Shown one piece after another: positions 8,951-18,214 of a stretch of DNA of 64,000 nt. The stretch covers positions 38,607-102,606 of the forward strand of contig DNFA01000015.1 of assembly GCA_003487665.1 (NCBI GenBank), in the 5' to 3' direction. This DNA comes from Oscillibacter sp. (GTDB taxonomy: Bacteria > Bacillota > Clostridia > Oscillospirales > Oscillospiraceae). Below the pieces are notes generated by a model. It ran no database searches. It was given only the letters and a program-made list of their open reading frames with translations, and had not been told where the DNA came from. The translations under genes were made by a program, and so were the position numbers. Every line of letters begins with the position of its first letter. Within the stretch, counting starts at the first letter, position 1.

Positions 8951-9625
8951 TCAATCGCAGTCCACATACCACCATCCGGTGCATCTGTCTTCTTCGCCAG
9001 ACCGTGCATCTTCTGCCGGGTCATAATACCCGGTATGGAAAACAACTTCTTCGCCCTGTGCAGCGTAGAGTTGGAAAAGCAGGTCGCACATGGCATCCGC
9101 AATGGCTTCCGTCTTGCACATCAGCTCGTCGCCGATCCCCCAGACCTCGCCGTCCGAATAGTCCCGCATCCGACTCAGGAACAGCTCAAACCAGTTCATT
9201 TTTTCCTGCGCGTCAATTTGCTTGACGGGCGGATGGTCTGCCGCCCAGAAGTCGGCTCCTTGGAAATTATCAGCGTCGAGGATATACTCGCCATTTTTCC
9301 AGCGGCGTTCAACCTCGCGCAAGGCCGCTTCCTCGTTTTCCGCCTCCACCGCCACCTGTGTTTCAAGCGTCTCACGGATGTTGATACTGAACTCTTTCTT
9401 CTGCGACTGGTTCTGCCAGCACTCGGGGCAGAGCACATTGTCCGTTTCGGACAGCATCTTTCTGAAATCCTCTTCGCCGCAGGCTTTCTTGAAACAGTTC
9501 GTGCAGAAGTGTTTCCCGCACCGTTCGCACTCCCACATATCCCCGCGGTGGTCGTCGTGCGCGTCCCACTTTTCGCGGAACCCGCAGATGTCGCACTCGT
9601 ATTCGTCACGTCCCATTAAGTACAT
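8951..9625 (-). CDS. Zinc-finger plus DpnD/PcfM-like domain protein
   Basis: Multiple CxxC; FSINIRETLETQVAVEAENEEAAL..W..GEYILDADNF.GADF. Confidence 0.65.
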   Translation of the reverse strand: MYLMGRDEYECDICGFREKWDAHDDHRGDMWECERCGKHFCTNCFKKACGEEDFRKMLSETDNVLCPECWQNQSQKKEFSINIRETLETQVAVEAENEEAALREVERRWKNGEYILDADNFQGADFWAADHPPVKQIDAQEKMNWFELFLSRMRDYSDGEVWGIGDELMCKTEAIADAMCDLLFQLYAAQGEEVVFHTGYYDPAEDARSGEEDRCTGWWYVDCD

Positions 9626-9635
9626 ATCGTCCTCC

Positions 9636-9911
9636 TCAGTAATCGAAACAGGCCATATAGAAGTGAATTTTCCCATCCTTGATTTCGTGGGTGCAGCACT
9701 TCCACAGGTCGTGGTAGAGGAACCACACGGTTCCCATCTCGTTCAGGTATTCCAGATTGAAGTCCTTCAGGTACTTTCGGAGGACGTCGTTCACGCTCTC
9801 GCTGCCCTTCTGCAGTTCCAGAGGAACATTGAACCACGGAACCTCTGCGGTGATGGGGCCACGGGGCTTGCGCTTCTGGAAGTCAGCGCACAGATCATCA
9901 AACCTCGCCAT
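9636..9911 (-). CDS. Hypothetical protein
   Basis: Coupled ORF. Confidence 0.6.
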   Translation of the reverse strand: MARFDDLCADFQKRKPRGPITAEVPWFNVPLELQKGSESVNDVLRKYLKDFNLEYLNEMGTVWFLYHDLWKCCTHEIKDGKIHFYMACFDY

Positions 9912-10194
9912 CGTCCCCGCCTCCGCAATATTCGTTGTATATGCGCTTCAGCTCTCGCGCAACGATGCCATCCTCGATGTCCTCCAGCAGATCATCGAGA
10001 TTCCACCGCGCCAACTCAAGCCGCTGCCTTACCTGCTCTTTGTTGGTGCGGCGGTATTCCGCTGGCAGGTCGGGGGCATTTTTGAGGATGCTCTGGCACA
10101 GCTCGATTTCGCCGCAAAGCTCTTCGAGCCGATAGGCCACCCGCGAAACCATGCAGTCGTCATGCACGAGCAGGGTCTTTCCTTTTCCAATCAT
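9898..10194 (-). CDS. Hypothetical protein
   Basis: Coupled ORF with RBS. Confidence 0.6.
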   Translation of the reverse strand: MIGKGKTLLVHDDCMVSRVAYRLEELCGEIELCQSILKNAPDLPAEYRRTNKEQVRQRLELARWNLDDLLEDIEDGIVARELKRIYNEYCGGGDDGEV

Positions 10195-10499
10195 TCCGCA
10201 TTCTCCTTTCCTACGAAAATGCCGGCGTACACAGCGCCGTCAATCAGGTAATGGTAGAACTGGTGTCCTTCGGGAACCTCGTCAGCCGTCAGCGTTGTTT
10301 TCCGCATCACCAGCGGATGGGTGCCGACCATGACAACATACTCGCCATCTGGCACGAGTTGCTTCATCCACTCGCTCGGCTTTTCCGAGCTGTGCGTCGT
10401 GTGGTCGAACAGGCTGATAGCTGGCGTTCCCGTAATAGGCAGAGGCGCAAAGAACGTCATCTGTTCCCACGCTCCACCGGCAATCATGCCGTTACTCAT
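10191..10499 (-). CDS. Hypothetical protein
   Basis: Coupled ORF. Confidence 0.6.
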   Translation of the reverse strand: MSNGMIAGGAWEQMTFFAPLPITGTPAISLFDHTTHSSEKPSEWMKQLVPDGEYVVMVGTHPLVMRKTTLTADEVPEGHQFYHYLIDGAVYAGIFVGKENAE

Positions 10500-10743
10500 A
10501 CTGCGCACGTCCCTTCTTGGCCTCGGCCATGATTTCCTCGATGTTGTTTCGGAGCAAGAAGCGGTAGTCCTGCATCCGCTCCTCCAAAATCTCGGCTGCC
10601 TCTCTGCGAACAGCATCAGGTGTGATGCTCTCACAGTTGCAATGTACGGCCAGAATCAGATCCTTGAACGTGAACCCGTCGAGGATGTTGTCCTCGGCGC
10701 TCACATCGTCACCCAGCCTCCATCTCTTGCGCTCAGTCTCCAT
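10492..10743 (-). CDS. Hypothetical protein
   Basis: GGAGG RBS. Confidence 0.6.
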   Translation of the reverse strand: METERKRWRLGDDVSAEDNILDGFTFKDLILAVHCNCESITPDAVRREAAEILEERMQDYRFLLRNNIEEIMAEAKKGRAQYE

Positions 10744-11104
10744 TCCCGTTCCCTCCAAATACCGCCTCAATGGCTTCGTACCAAGTCGTATTCTCGCCGA
10801 CGTTGCAATCGGTCTTCTGGAAGAAGTAGCTCACGATCTCAGGGATGCTCTCCTTAGCCTCCTCGAAGGTGATGCCGTAACTGGTTTCAAACTCTTTCTC
10901 GTATTCGGCTCGGTCTTCGTCGGAAACGGCGTCCAGATCTTCGATACCGAACGCATACGAGGTCAGCATACGGAGCGCGTCCGCTTTGCGATACTGCATC
11001 TCCTGATACCGGTACGCCGCCTCGATTTCTTCCGGGGCCATCCGGTAGGACTTGCCATAATACTCGAAGTCGATCAGCTCTCTGGTGTTTTCCATTGTAA
11101 TCAT
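10733..11104 (-). CDS. Hypothetical acidic protein
   Basis: AGGAGG RBS, ATGA coupling. Confidence 0.65.
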   Translation of the reverse strand: MITMENTRELIDFEYYGKSYRMAPEEIEAAYRYQEMQYRKADALRMLTSYAFGIEDLDAVSDEDRAEYEKEFETSYGITFEEAKESIPEIVSYFFQKTDCNVGENTTWYEAIEAVFGGNGNGD

Positions 11105-12063
11105 TTTGCTTCCTCCTGAATTACCTTCTGAACCAGCTCGTTCATGCAGTCGAAAAACCGCTGTGAGCAGGCAGCGCCTTTGGCCTTGTAATACTGCAGA
11201 CCGTCGCACCTGCCGTCTTTGATGGTGACGTTCGCCAGCTTGCTGCAGATCCAGCCCTGCGTTCTCAGGGGAACACCCACCTTGTACCGGCGCATGAGGA
11301 ACAAAACAATCGGCTCGTTGTGTCCGACATCCCCCACGCGGTAGTCGATGCGGTCGTTGTTCAGGCGCCCACCCTCTCGGATGATTTTGACGGCTGCCTC
11401 GATCTCCTGCTTTGCCTTTGCATTTATCTCCTCGGCCTCTCGGTGCCGCTTCTCTGCCTCTTCTGCGGCTATTTTTTCTTTCTCTTTCTGGATGTACTCC
11501 TGATGGGCCTCAGACAGCTTCATGCACTCGTCTAACTTGTTCAAGACGCAGGCTCCGACATAATCGGGATGTGTCAGGCCGCCGTTCTTCTCGCTCTGGA
11601 GATAGAACTTAACGTGGCTTGAAAGTTGCTTACTGATGCTGGCAACCCACCTCTCAGGCTGGCTCCCAAGGCGCGTAATGACTTCTTCCTCTCGCTTCAT
11701 TGCCTCGGACACGCTGGTCGGCTGGTTCCACCCATCCCGTTCTCTCAGCTCATTGAAGAAGGCGACCCGCCCCTCCTTGCTGCCGTACAGTTCGTTCACC
11801 GCGGGCAGGTAGCCGCAGTTGTCGATCATCTGGAACTCCGTCATGCGCAACGGAATCAGGTAACTGTTCACCTCAACGTGCAGTATATAGCGGTCATTGT
11901 CGCACCGCGGGTACTCTATCTCAGGCTTTCCGTCCTTGCGCCACAGCCGATAGGTCGTGGTTCCGTCGGCAACCTCCTTGATGAACACAGCTCGCATCCG
12001 ACGGCCGGTGCGATTATACATACCGCCGTCGAACAGCGGCGTCATCAATTTTACTTCAGGCAT
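11101..12063 (-). CDS. Hypothetical protein (320 aa)
   Basis: Long ORF with RBS. Confidence 0.75.
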   Translation of the reverse strand: MPEVKLMTPLFDGGMYNRTGRRMRAVFIKEVADGTTTYRLWRKDGKPEIEYPRCDNDRYILHVEVNSYLIPLRMTEFQMIDNCGYLPAVNELYGSKEGRVAFFNELRERDGWNQPTSVSEAMKREEEVITRLGSQPERWVASISKQLSSHVKFYLQSEKNGGLTHPDYVGACVLNKLDECMKLSEAHQEYIQKEKEKIAAEEAEKRHREAEEINAKAKQEIEAAVKIIREGGRLNNDRIDYRVGDVGHNEPIVLFLMRRYKVGVPLRTQGWICSKLANVTIKDGRCDGLQYYKAKGAACSQRFFDCMNELVQKVIQEEAK

Positions 12064-12065
12064 CT

Positions 12066-12617
12066 TTATCCCTCCCTAAAATTCGGATTGAAGGTGTCGC
12101 TGTACGCGGCTGTTTCATTCCAGTCGTCGTACCGCACCTTCTCGGTTTGCTTCCTGTGTCGGAACGTGATGTTCGGGCGGACGCAGGCTCCATCTTCCCA
12201 CCATCCCTGACGCTCACGGCAAACCAGCCAACGGGCGAATGGTTCGTTGCAGAGTTTCCGCATGAGGTAGCCGCCGGTGTCGAGCCTGCGCCAGATTTCT
12301 GTGCGTTCGCTATCCATGTCGCAAACGAACTCTACGTCGATGGTCTTCGGTGGATTTCTCTGCGGGTCGTTCTTGTATGCGTTCCATGACACCTTCGGGA
12401 ACCATTCTTCACAAACTTTGCTGTACTCCAGCGTCGAGTTCTCGGCGATATATTGCTTTCCGAGCAGGTCAATGTCCTCCTCTTTCATGTAGAGCCTTCC
12501 GACATTGCCGTCGGCGTCGGTGAACACGACCGCTTTTCGCCCCGTCAGAACAATGTCTGCATTCTCGCCATACGGAGCAGCTTCTTCGGGCGTGATGTCT
12601 CTGATTTCAATTTCCAT
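12066..12617 (-). CDS. Hypothetical protein
   Basis: AGGAG RBS. Confidence 0.7.
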   Translation of the reverse strand: MEIEIRDITPEEAAPYGENADIVLTGRKAVVFTDADGNVGRLYMKEEDIDLLGKQYIAENSTLEYSKVCEEWFPKVSWNAYKNDPQRNPPKTIDVEFVCDMDSERTEIWRRLDTGGYLMRKLCNEPFARWLVCRERQGWWEDGACVRPNITFRHRKQTEKVRYDDWNETAAYSDTFNPNFREG

Positions 12618-12629
12618 TAAACAGTCTCC

Positions 12630-13070
12630 TCAAAATGAAAAGCCAGCCGCTTCGCGTAGCTCCTTTGCCGCCACCTCAAGCCCGTGTCGGAGCCGCTCGT
12701 CGTTTTCGATCTGCTCCATCGTAAAGCCGCAGGCTTCCACGGTTTCCTCGACCTCGCAGGTGTAGGTGTACTCGTGATTGCTCAACTCGCTCAGGAACAT
12801 ATCCTTGATGAACCCATCCCCGGTTTCGTCAGCGGAAATCGCTTCTTCCATCTCCCTGCGGTGTCCTCTGAGCGTATCAGCGATCATCTGGGCGTCGCTT
12901 GCGAGACAGAACCCGCCGCCAAAGGTCTTGCAGAGTTTCCCGGTATCATTCCGCGTAAGACCCAACTTCTTCAGTTGCTGGTCGAATTGCTCGTCAGAAA
13001 ACGCCCAGTACATCGGAAGCGCGTTGACCTCCTCCTGATGGCGTTTCTTCATTTCTGCGTATGCGTTCAT
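12630..13070 (-). CDS. Conserved phage hypothetical protein
   Basis: AAAGGAGG RBS; WAFSDEQF..GGGF..ELSNHEY. Confidence 0.7.
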   Translation of the reverse strand: MNAYAEMKKRHQEEVNALPMYWAFSDEQFDQQLKKLGLTRNDTGKLCKTFGGGFCLASDAQMIADTLRGHRREMEEAISADETGDGFIKDMFLSELSNHEYTYTCEVEETVEACGFTMEQIENDERLRHGLEVAAKELREAAGFSF

Positions 13071-13258
13071 CGTTCGATGGCCTCCTTTGCATTTTCGTTG
13101 ACCGTTATCGGCGTCGTATGGTGAAGCCGCGTCCGCTTCACCATGAACTTCTTCTTGCAGTAGAAACACGGAACCTTGTAGTTCCCGTTCCATCCTACCA
13201 TGTTCGCTCTCCCGCAATGTGGGCAATCAATGATGCCAAGCACCGGCTTGTTCGCCAT
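13067..13258 (-). CDS. Small zinc-ribbon protein
   Basis: CPHC..CFYC. Confidence 0.6.
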   Translation of the reverse strand: MANKPVLGIIDCPHCGRANMVGWNGNYKVPCFYCKKKFMVKRTRLHHTTPITVNENAKEAIER

Positions 13259-13272
13259 AGCTCGTTCCCTCC

Positions 13273-14043
13273 TCAATACCAAATCAGGTTGATACCGCCG
13301 AGCTGCTCCACGCGGCCGGTCATCGCCTCCACGTCCACAAGTTTCTTTGGCAGCCGCTCGTCTTCGTTCCACGCTCGGATCAGTTTCTCCAACTCCTTAT
13401 CGGGAGCTGGTACGGCGAAGTCGCACCCGAAATTGTAGACCATCTGATCAAGCAACTCCTCGTAGATGCCTTCCTTGCCGGCCACAACCTTCTTTCTCTG
13501 GTCGCCGTGAAAATTGATGCTGCCGAGGAACAGTCGCCCGTGCATCATCTTCAGCGCCCGCAACTGCTCGCGGTTCCAGTCGTTATATGTGTTGTCGGCT
13601 TCTCGCAGTTCCAGATACCCGCCGGTACTGCGGACATAATTGAACTGCATCTTTCTGGCAAATGCGAACGTGATGCTGCCTTCCAACTTGGTCTTCCAGT
13701 CCAGACTTCTCAGGTTCAATTTTCCGTTGTTTGCCCAGCCCATGTCGAGCTGGCCGTTTGCGTCGCTGTTCTCGAACGACCAGAAATGGTCACGATACAC
13801 GCACTCGCTGTTGACGTTCACGCCCCTGTCCGTGGCCTCAGAGCGGGAATAGTGAACCGGCTGACGGTCAACCTCGCGGTTGTGCTCCTCGTCCTCCTTC
13901 AGATAGAACAAAACCGTGTTCTTATCTCTCTCGGCCCCGTGATAGCTTGGGCGGTAAGCGACCACCCCCAGCTTCTCCGCAATCTCGTCGAGAGTTTTCT
14001 GCTGCTGCGTGTACCAGACATCAGTTGCCGTTACCAACTTCAT
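13273..14043 (-). CDS. Hypothetical protein
   Basis: Long ORF with RBS. Confidence 0.7.
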   Translation of the reverse strand: MKLVTATDVWYTQQQKTLDEIAEKLGVVAYRPSYHGAERDKNTVLFYLKEDEEHNREVDRQPVHYSRSEATDRGVNVNSECVYRDHFWSFENSDANGQLDMGWANNGKLNLRSLDWKTKLEGSITFAFARKMQFNYVRSTGGYLELREADNTYNDWNREQLRALKMMHGRLFLGSINFHGDQRKKVVAGKEGIYEELLDQMVYNFGCDFAVPAPDKELEKLIRAWNEDERLPKKLVDVEAMTGRVEQLGGINLIWY

Positions 14044-14176
14044 CGTCGTCCTCTCCTTTCAAGGTCATTTCATCTGTGAATATCAGCCGGCCGCATCCGT
14101 TGCAAACGAACCCGCCGCTGTCGAACCTGATCCAGTCGGTGCAACCGCACTCCGGGCAGGCCGCGAAAATCTTCAT
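14021..14176 (-). CDS. Small zinc-ribbon protein (51 aa, not in the ORF track)
   Basis: MKIFAACPECGC..CNGC; ATGA overlap with the upstream stop. Confidence 0.55.
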   Translation of the reverse strand: MKIFAACPECGCTDWIRFDSGGFVCNGCGRLIFTDEMTLKGEDDDEVGNGN

Positions 14177-14430
14177 GCCGCCATCCTCCGTTCGTAGTCC
14201 TTGATTTCCTCAAGCGTCAGCCACTCAGGCTTGCCGCTTTCAGGGAAGCTCCACCAAAGGGCTTTCATGTACTCGATATGGTCGGCCACACTACCGGCCC
14301 AAAGATACTTCGTGGCCCGGTTGCCATGTCCGAGGAAATACTCGCAATCCTGCTTCATGCGGTCGAGCATCTGGTATCTGAGCTGCAGGCTCCATGTCAG
14401 AACCGTGCTGACCTTATCGGCCACGGCCAT
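14173..14430 (-). CDS. LPD11-like domain protein
   Basis: RYQMLDRMKQDCEYFLG.G..KYLWAGSV..HI.YMK.LW..KPEWLT.EEI..YE. Confidence 0.7.
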   Translation of the reverse strand: MAVADKVSTVLTWSLQLRYQMLDRMKQDCEYFLGHGNRATKYLWAGSVADHIEYMKALWWSFPESGKPEWLTLEEIKDYERRMAA

Positions 14431-15074
14431 TACTGCTCACCTCCAACAAGTGCTCTCCATCCCGGCTCCTCACCGAGCCACGCCGCCCGCAGCCAATCGT
14501 TCTTGCAGAAGTACCGGCGATAGTGGCTCGGCATCGAGTTCACCGCGAAATTGCGGATCTGGCGCTTGCGCTCCTTGCCGGTCTGCAAGCGAGCCTCCCA
14601 GCCGATAAGCTCGGCCTGAGACTCGTTGATGAACTGGCGGTTGCCATCAACCTCAATGCCAATACGCTCCTCCGTGCAACCGGAGTATGGATTGCGGCAG
14701 GTGCCGCACCAAAAGACCTTGCCGACGCTCCCCTTCTTGAACTTGCGACCGGCGATCACGCGCACCGTATCGCCGACGTGGATTTTCATGGCCTGCATCC
14801 GGTTCGTGCGCCCATCAAACAGGGACTTGCCGAGCGTCTTCCAGTAGTGGTAGACCTTGCGGAGCACCTCAGGCGTGGCGTCGATCTCAGCGCGGCCACT
14901 GCAGGCGCAGCGGGTGGTGTCGAATAGAACCTTGTCGATGGTCTGATTCTCTTCGTTCCAGCAGATCGCGTACCAGTCGGAATCGTCGTAGCCGTTGTGC
15001 TCGTACCAGTCGAGGACGCAGCCCTCGTAGTCAGGGGTGTGACCGTCCCCGTAGACGTTGGTGAAAATAGCCAT
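14430..15074 (-). CDS. Hypothetical protein
   Basis: GGAGG RBS; ENGYDDSDWYA-type motif. Confidence 0.7.
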   Translation of the reverse strand: MAIFTNVYGDGHTPDYEGCVLDWYEHNGYDDSDWYAICWNEENQTIDKVLFDTTRCACSGRAEIDATPEVLRKVYHYWKTLGKSLFDGRTNRMQAMKIHVGDTVRVIAGRKFKKGSVGKVFWCGTCRNPYSGCTEERIGIEVDGNRQFINESQAELIGWEARLQTGKERKRQIRNFAVNSMPSHYRRYFCKNDWLRAAWLGEEPGWRALVGGEQ

Positions 15075-15625
15075 CACTTGCCCTCCTTCATCATCAGGTC
15101 GTACAGCTTAGCCTTCAGCTCCATGATCGTCATGTCGCGGTCGTGAACCTCCGCTTCGAGCTGGCCGATTTTCTTCTGAGCGGCCTGCTCAGCGTCAACA
15201 GCCTCCCGGCATCTTCTGTGTTCCACATCGCGGTCATCCTTGGCCCGCTTCAGTTCTCCGTTCAGCTCCTTGACCTGCTGGTGAAGCATCTTGTTCTCTT
15301 CCAGCGCATCCATGACCGGGAAGTTGCTGTGCTGATTGTAGAAGCGAGTCGCATCCTCCCAGCTCCAGATCTTAAAAGCGACCTGATAGAAATACTTGCT
15401 CAGTCCAACGCGGCCAGAGGAATAAGTACCACGCGGATCAGGTTCGCCGTCGAACCCATTCAGGCGGCCGTTGTCATTGGCGAGCCGAATAAGCTCTTTC
15501 ACTTCGCTGCGACCGAAAATGTCTTGCGCTCTGCAAATGTCCTCAGGCTTGGTGCTCAGACCGTGTGCCGCTACTTCCTTCAGAAGTTCCTCTGCGGTTT
15601 TGATGCTGTCATACTGGCTTGCCAT
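15074..15625 (-). CDS. Hypothetical coiled-coil protein, first gene after promoter P1
   Basis: AAAGGAG RBS. Confidence 0.75.
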   Translation of the reverse strand: MASQYDSIKTAEELLKEVAAHGLSTKPEDICRAQDIFGRSEVKELIRLANDNGRLNGFDGEPDPRGTYSSGRVGLSKYFYQVAFKIWSWEDATRFYNQHSNFPVMDALEENKMLHQQVKELNGELKRAKDDRDVEHRRCREAVDAEQAAQKKIGQLEAEVHDRDMTIMELKAKLYDLMMKEGK

Positions 15626-15702
15626 ATCGCTGTCTCCTTTTCTTTGTAAGAGAACCGGAGACTTTCCTGAACTGCTGCTCTGGCTATCTCCGATTATCCA
15701 TC

Positions 15703-15766
15703 TGGTTATTTTGTAACTTTATTATACTGCGATACCTACCTATGTCAATATGTTTTCGTTAATTTT
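15703..15766. repeat. 64-bp direct repeat, copy 1 (copy 2 at 24641-24704)
   Basis: 63/64 identical by manual alignment. Confidence 0.9.
15721..15748 (-). promoter_or_regulatory. Promoter P1
   Basis: TTGACA-taggtaggtatcgcag-TATAAT, with an AT-rich upstream region. Confidence 0.85.
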
Positions 15767-15794
15767 TATGAAGAAATTTTCTATCTATATACGT

Positions 15795-15925
15795 TTCAGA
15801 ATATGCCCGTAAACAGCACGTACAGGGCCTATACCGCCTCGTAGCGTCAGCGGTGTGAATGGATGCAGAGGGCCGTGACGGTCGTGTGCGTGGCCGTACG
15901 GGGCGCAGCGGGTGTACGGGGCATT
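15795..15925 (+). repeat. Dispersed hairpin element, copy D
   Basis: GCCCGTA, CGGTCGTGTGCGT (12/13 to copy A), GCGGGTGT; ends pair as ATGCCCGTA/TACGGGGCAT. Confidence 0.5.
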
Positions 15926-15932
15926 TGGGTAT

Positions 15933-15967
15933 AAAAAATCACCCTCCCGGTCGTAACCGAGAGGGTG
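15933..15967 (-). terminator. Intrinsic terminator
   Basis: CACCCTC..GAGGGTG stem plus T6. Confidence 0.75.
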
Positions 15968-15981
15968 GCTTCATCGTGCGC

Positions 15982-16479
15982 TTATTCTTTTTTCGGCCCC
16001 TTTTCAATCTGGGTGCCATACTTCTCCACGAATGCGGCGGCGACGCTGGATTGGACTGTCCGCAGTCTGTCCTTGGACGTGTCCGTGTGATACTCCGCCA
16101 TGAAATACCGGCCTTCGCTGTCAACGTACAACTCAGCGGCTTCGCCGTCTGCATTGAACTCGTTGACGCCGTCCTCATAAAAGCTGTTCGAGATGGCCTC
16201 CGCAGCCGCGGTATCGAACGTAATCTTGTCGCAGTTACCGCACAGCCTGCGGCCGTGCCCGCTGACGTGAGGCTTCAGGATCTCGCCAGTCTTGCGCATC
16301 GTGAAGGTCACATCGACGCCGAGAACGTCCATGAGTGCCAAAAACTCGTCAGCCCTGATGCTGTTCCGGTTCAAACGCAGGTTGAAGTTCTGCGGAGTCC
16401 AACCCATTTGACGGGCGAGCCACGCCTGCGAGTTCTTCGTTTTCGCCAGAGCTGCATCCATAAGTTCTCTCGATGTCAT
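15982..16479 (-). CDS. XRE-like HTH protein with an extra C-terminal domain
   Basis: SQAWLARQMGWTPQNFNLRLNR HTH; own promoter TTGATT-17-TATCAT at about 16516-16544. Confidence 0.75.
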   Translation of the reverse strand: MTSRELMDAALAKTKNSQAWLARQMGWTPQNFNLRLNRNSIRADEFLALMDVLGVDVTFTMRKTGEILKPHVSGHGRRLCGNCDKITFDTAAAEAISNSFYEDGVNEFNADGEAAELYVDSEGRYFMAEYHTDTSKDRLRTVQSSVAAAFVEKYGTQIEKGPKKE

Positions 16480-16597
16480 ATCTTCACCTCCGTTTCGCGT
16501 ATCTCTGTGCTTGCTATGATACATCGAAACAGATGCAAAATCAAGATTTTCTTTGCCAGCATTATCGTTTCCGTTCATATCGTGGAAATTACTCCCC

Positions 16598-16954
16598 CTA
16601 AATCTTCGGAATAGTGCCGCCGTACACGCCGGCCATTTTCAGTTTCCGCAGCGTCCCAATCTGCTTCCGGTTAATGCTGAGGCCGTAGCAGCAGTCGTTG
16701 TTCCACACAGCCACAGCATTTGCCTGCATACAGAGCCACGTCAGGAAGTCGTAGTAATACTCCCGAGGGCACAGGTCGTTCAGTTCTTGCCGCGATACGC
16801 CCTGCTTCTGGCAGGCTAAGGCGATCAGCTTCTCTTGGTGCGACGGAACCGCGTATTCCACAGTCCCATCCTCCAAAATCACGACCTCCAAATACTGCAC
16901 ATACGTCTGCTTGTGCTTTTCAAGGTCGAACGCGCAGTAGATGTCATAGGCCAT
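16598..16954 (-). CDS. Hypothetical protein
   Basis: ORF in operon. Confidence 0.65.
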   Translation of the reverse strand: MAYDIYCAFDLEKHKQTYVQYLEVVILEDGTVEYAVPSHQEKLIALACQKQGVSRQELNDLCPREYYYDFLTWLCMQANAVAVWNNDCCYGLSINRKQIGTLRKLKMAGVYGGTIPKI

Positions 16955-16958
16955 CGTG

Positions 16959-17489
16959 TCAGGCCCCCGCCGGTGCCGTCGGGATGAACCCACGGATCAG
17001 ATCCTCGTACAGTCTGCGGTATGTATCACGCTCAGCCTTTACCGTCGCCAGTTCCAAAGCGGCCTTTGTATCGGTCTCCTTGCCGACGACAGCTTCCCGC
17101 TTTTCGACCTGCTGCTCGCGCTCTTTCAGGCGCTCGATCAGGCCGGGGTATTTCTTGAGGCCCAGAGCCGTCGCAACCGCGATGTCGATGTCGCGCATCT
17201 CCTCCGCCGTACAGCGCCCGATGTAATTGCCGAGCCGCTCCAGCGATACCGTATTGATCTGCTCACACATGACCGTGCTTGCCCTTCCTGTACTCAGGAT
17301 CTCAACGTGGGTCGGCAGATTGCTCTTCGGCTGCGTCGTGCAAAAGGCCACCTGCACGGTTTCGGAGTAGCGGTTCCCTTCGTCACAGGAAACAACCACG
17401 CCGGGACGCCCCGTATGTTCCTCGCTTCCGACCTGAATGCCGAACTTGTGGACATAGAAGATGTCGCCACGTCTGATGCTGAAGCTCAC
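16959..17489 (-). CDS. PemK/MazF-family endoribonuclease-like protein with a coiled-coil tail
   Basis: RRGDIFYV, GSE..GRPGVVVS, TTQ..LPTHVEI, CEQINTVS..RL. Confidence 0.85.
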   Translation of the reverse strand: MSFSIRRGDIFYVHKFGIQVGSEEHTGRPGVVVSCDEGNRYSETVQVAFCTTQPKSNLPTHVEILSTGRASTVMCEQINTVSLERLGNYIGRCTAEEMRDIDIAVATALGLKKYPGLIERLKEREQQVEKREAVVGKETDTKAALELATVKAERDTYRRLYEDLIRGFIPTAPAGA

Positions 17490-17896
17490 ACTCCATCTCT
17501 CCCTTCAAAATATCGGCTTCGCTCTTCCGGTGTAGGCCAGTCTGGGTCGATGCCACGCTTGCGGCGGTTGCGTCGCCAGCCGTTGTAGACCTTCACATCG
17601 CGTTCGTCAATGCTGTACCCGACGCCGCGTTCGGCGCGGTCGTGGACTAACAGCGGGCGCGGATAGTTCGGGTTCCGCGCCCTCAGAACCTCGTATGCGC
17701 CAACAGGCTCTTCGAGCTTCCATCCGCTTTGCTTCAGGTATGTTTTGAGGTCGGACAACATCCCGTGCCTGACCGTCACTCTGTTCTTCATCTGCTCCTC
17801 CATTTCCTGCTTCCGGTAAAACCGCTCTCGGTCGAGGAAGTCTTTCGTGGCGTAGTATTCGCCAGCATCCATGCCGCAAAAATCAGCCTCGCTCAT
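17486..17896 (-). CDS. Hypothetical protein
   Basis: Coupled ORF. Confidence 0.6.
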   Translation of the reverse strand: MSEADFCGMDAGEYYATKDFLDRERFYRKQEMEEQMKNRVTVRHGMLSDLKTYLKQSGWKLEEPVGAYEVLRARNPNYPRPLLVHDRAERGVGYSIDERDVKVYNGWRRNRRKRGIDPDWPTPEERSRYFEGRDGV

Positions 17897-17992
17897 TCGT
17901 CATCCTCCATCGGGTGCCAATGGTAGCGGCAGTCCGGGTTCTCACATTCTCCGTTGAACATGAGCTGTCCGCACAGCGGGCAAGTCGTCACT

Positions 17993-18214
17993 TCATACAT
18001 CTGAGATTCCACAGCTTTTCTCCTCCGTGTCCGTCAGCCGCTTCAACGCGGCCGCTTGCTCTTCGATAAGGTCTGCGGCAGCCTTTGCCACCGTGCCGGC
18101 GCATTTGAACCGTGCTGGCCGCTCAAACGCAGGGCATTGCTCCTTCGGGCAGCGCCCTGTTTCGATGGCCGATTGATGGCATCGAAGCGCCAAAAGAACT
18201 TCTTGCGGTGTCAT
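17993..18214 (-). CDS. Small Cys-containing hypothetical protein
   Basis: AAGGAGG RBS, TGATG coupling. Confidence 0.6.
   Translation of the reverse strand: MTPQEVLLALRCHQSAIETGRCPKEQCPAFERPARFKCAGTVAKAAADLIEEQAAALKRLTDTEEKSCGISDV

Noticed and set aside
15694..15702. DnaA box (TTATCCA..) near P1 and P3
   Set aside because: Only 7 of 9 bases match and each is single; better explained as part of the shared promoter motif
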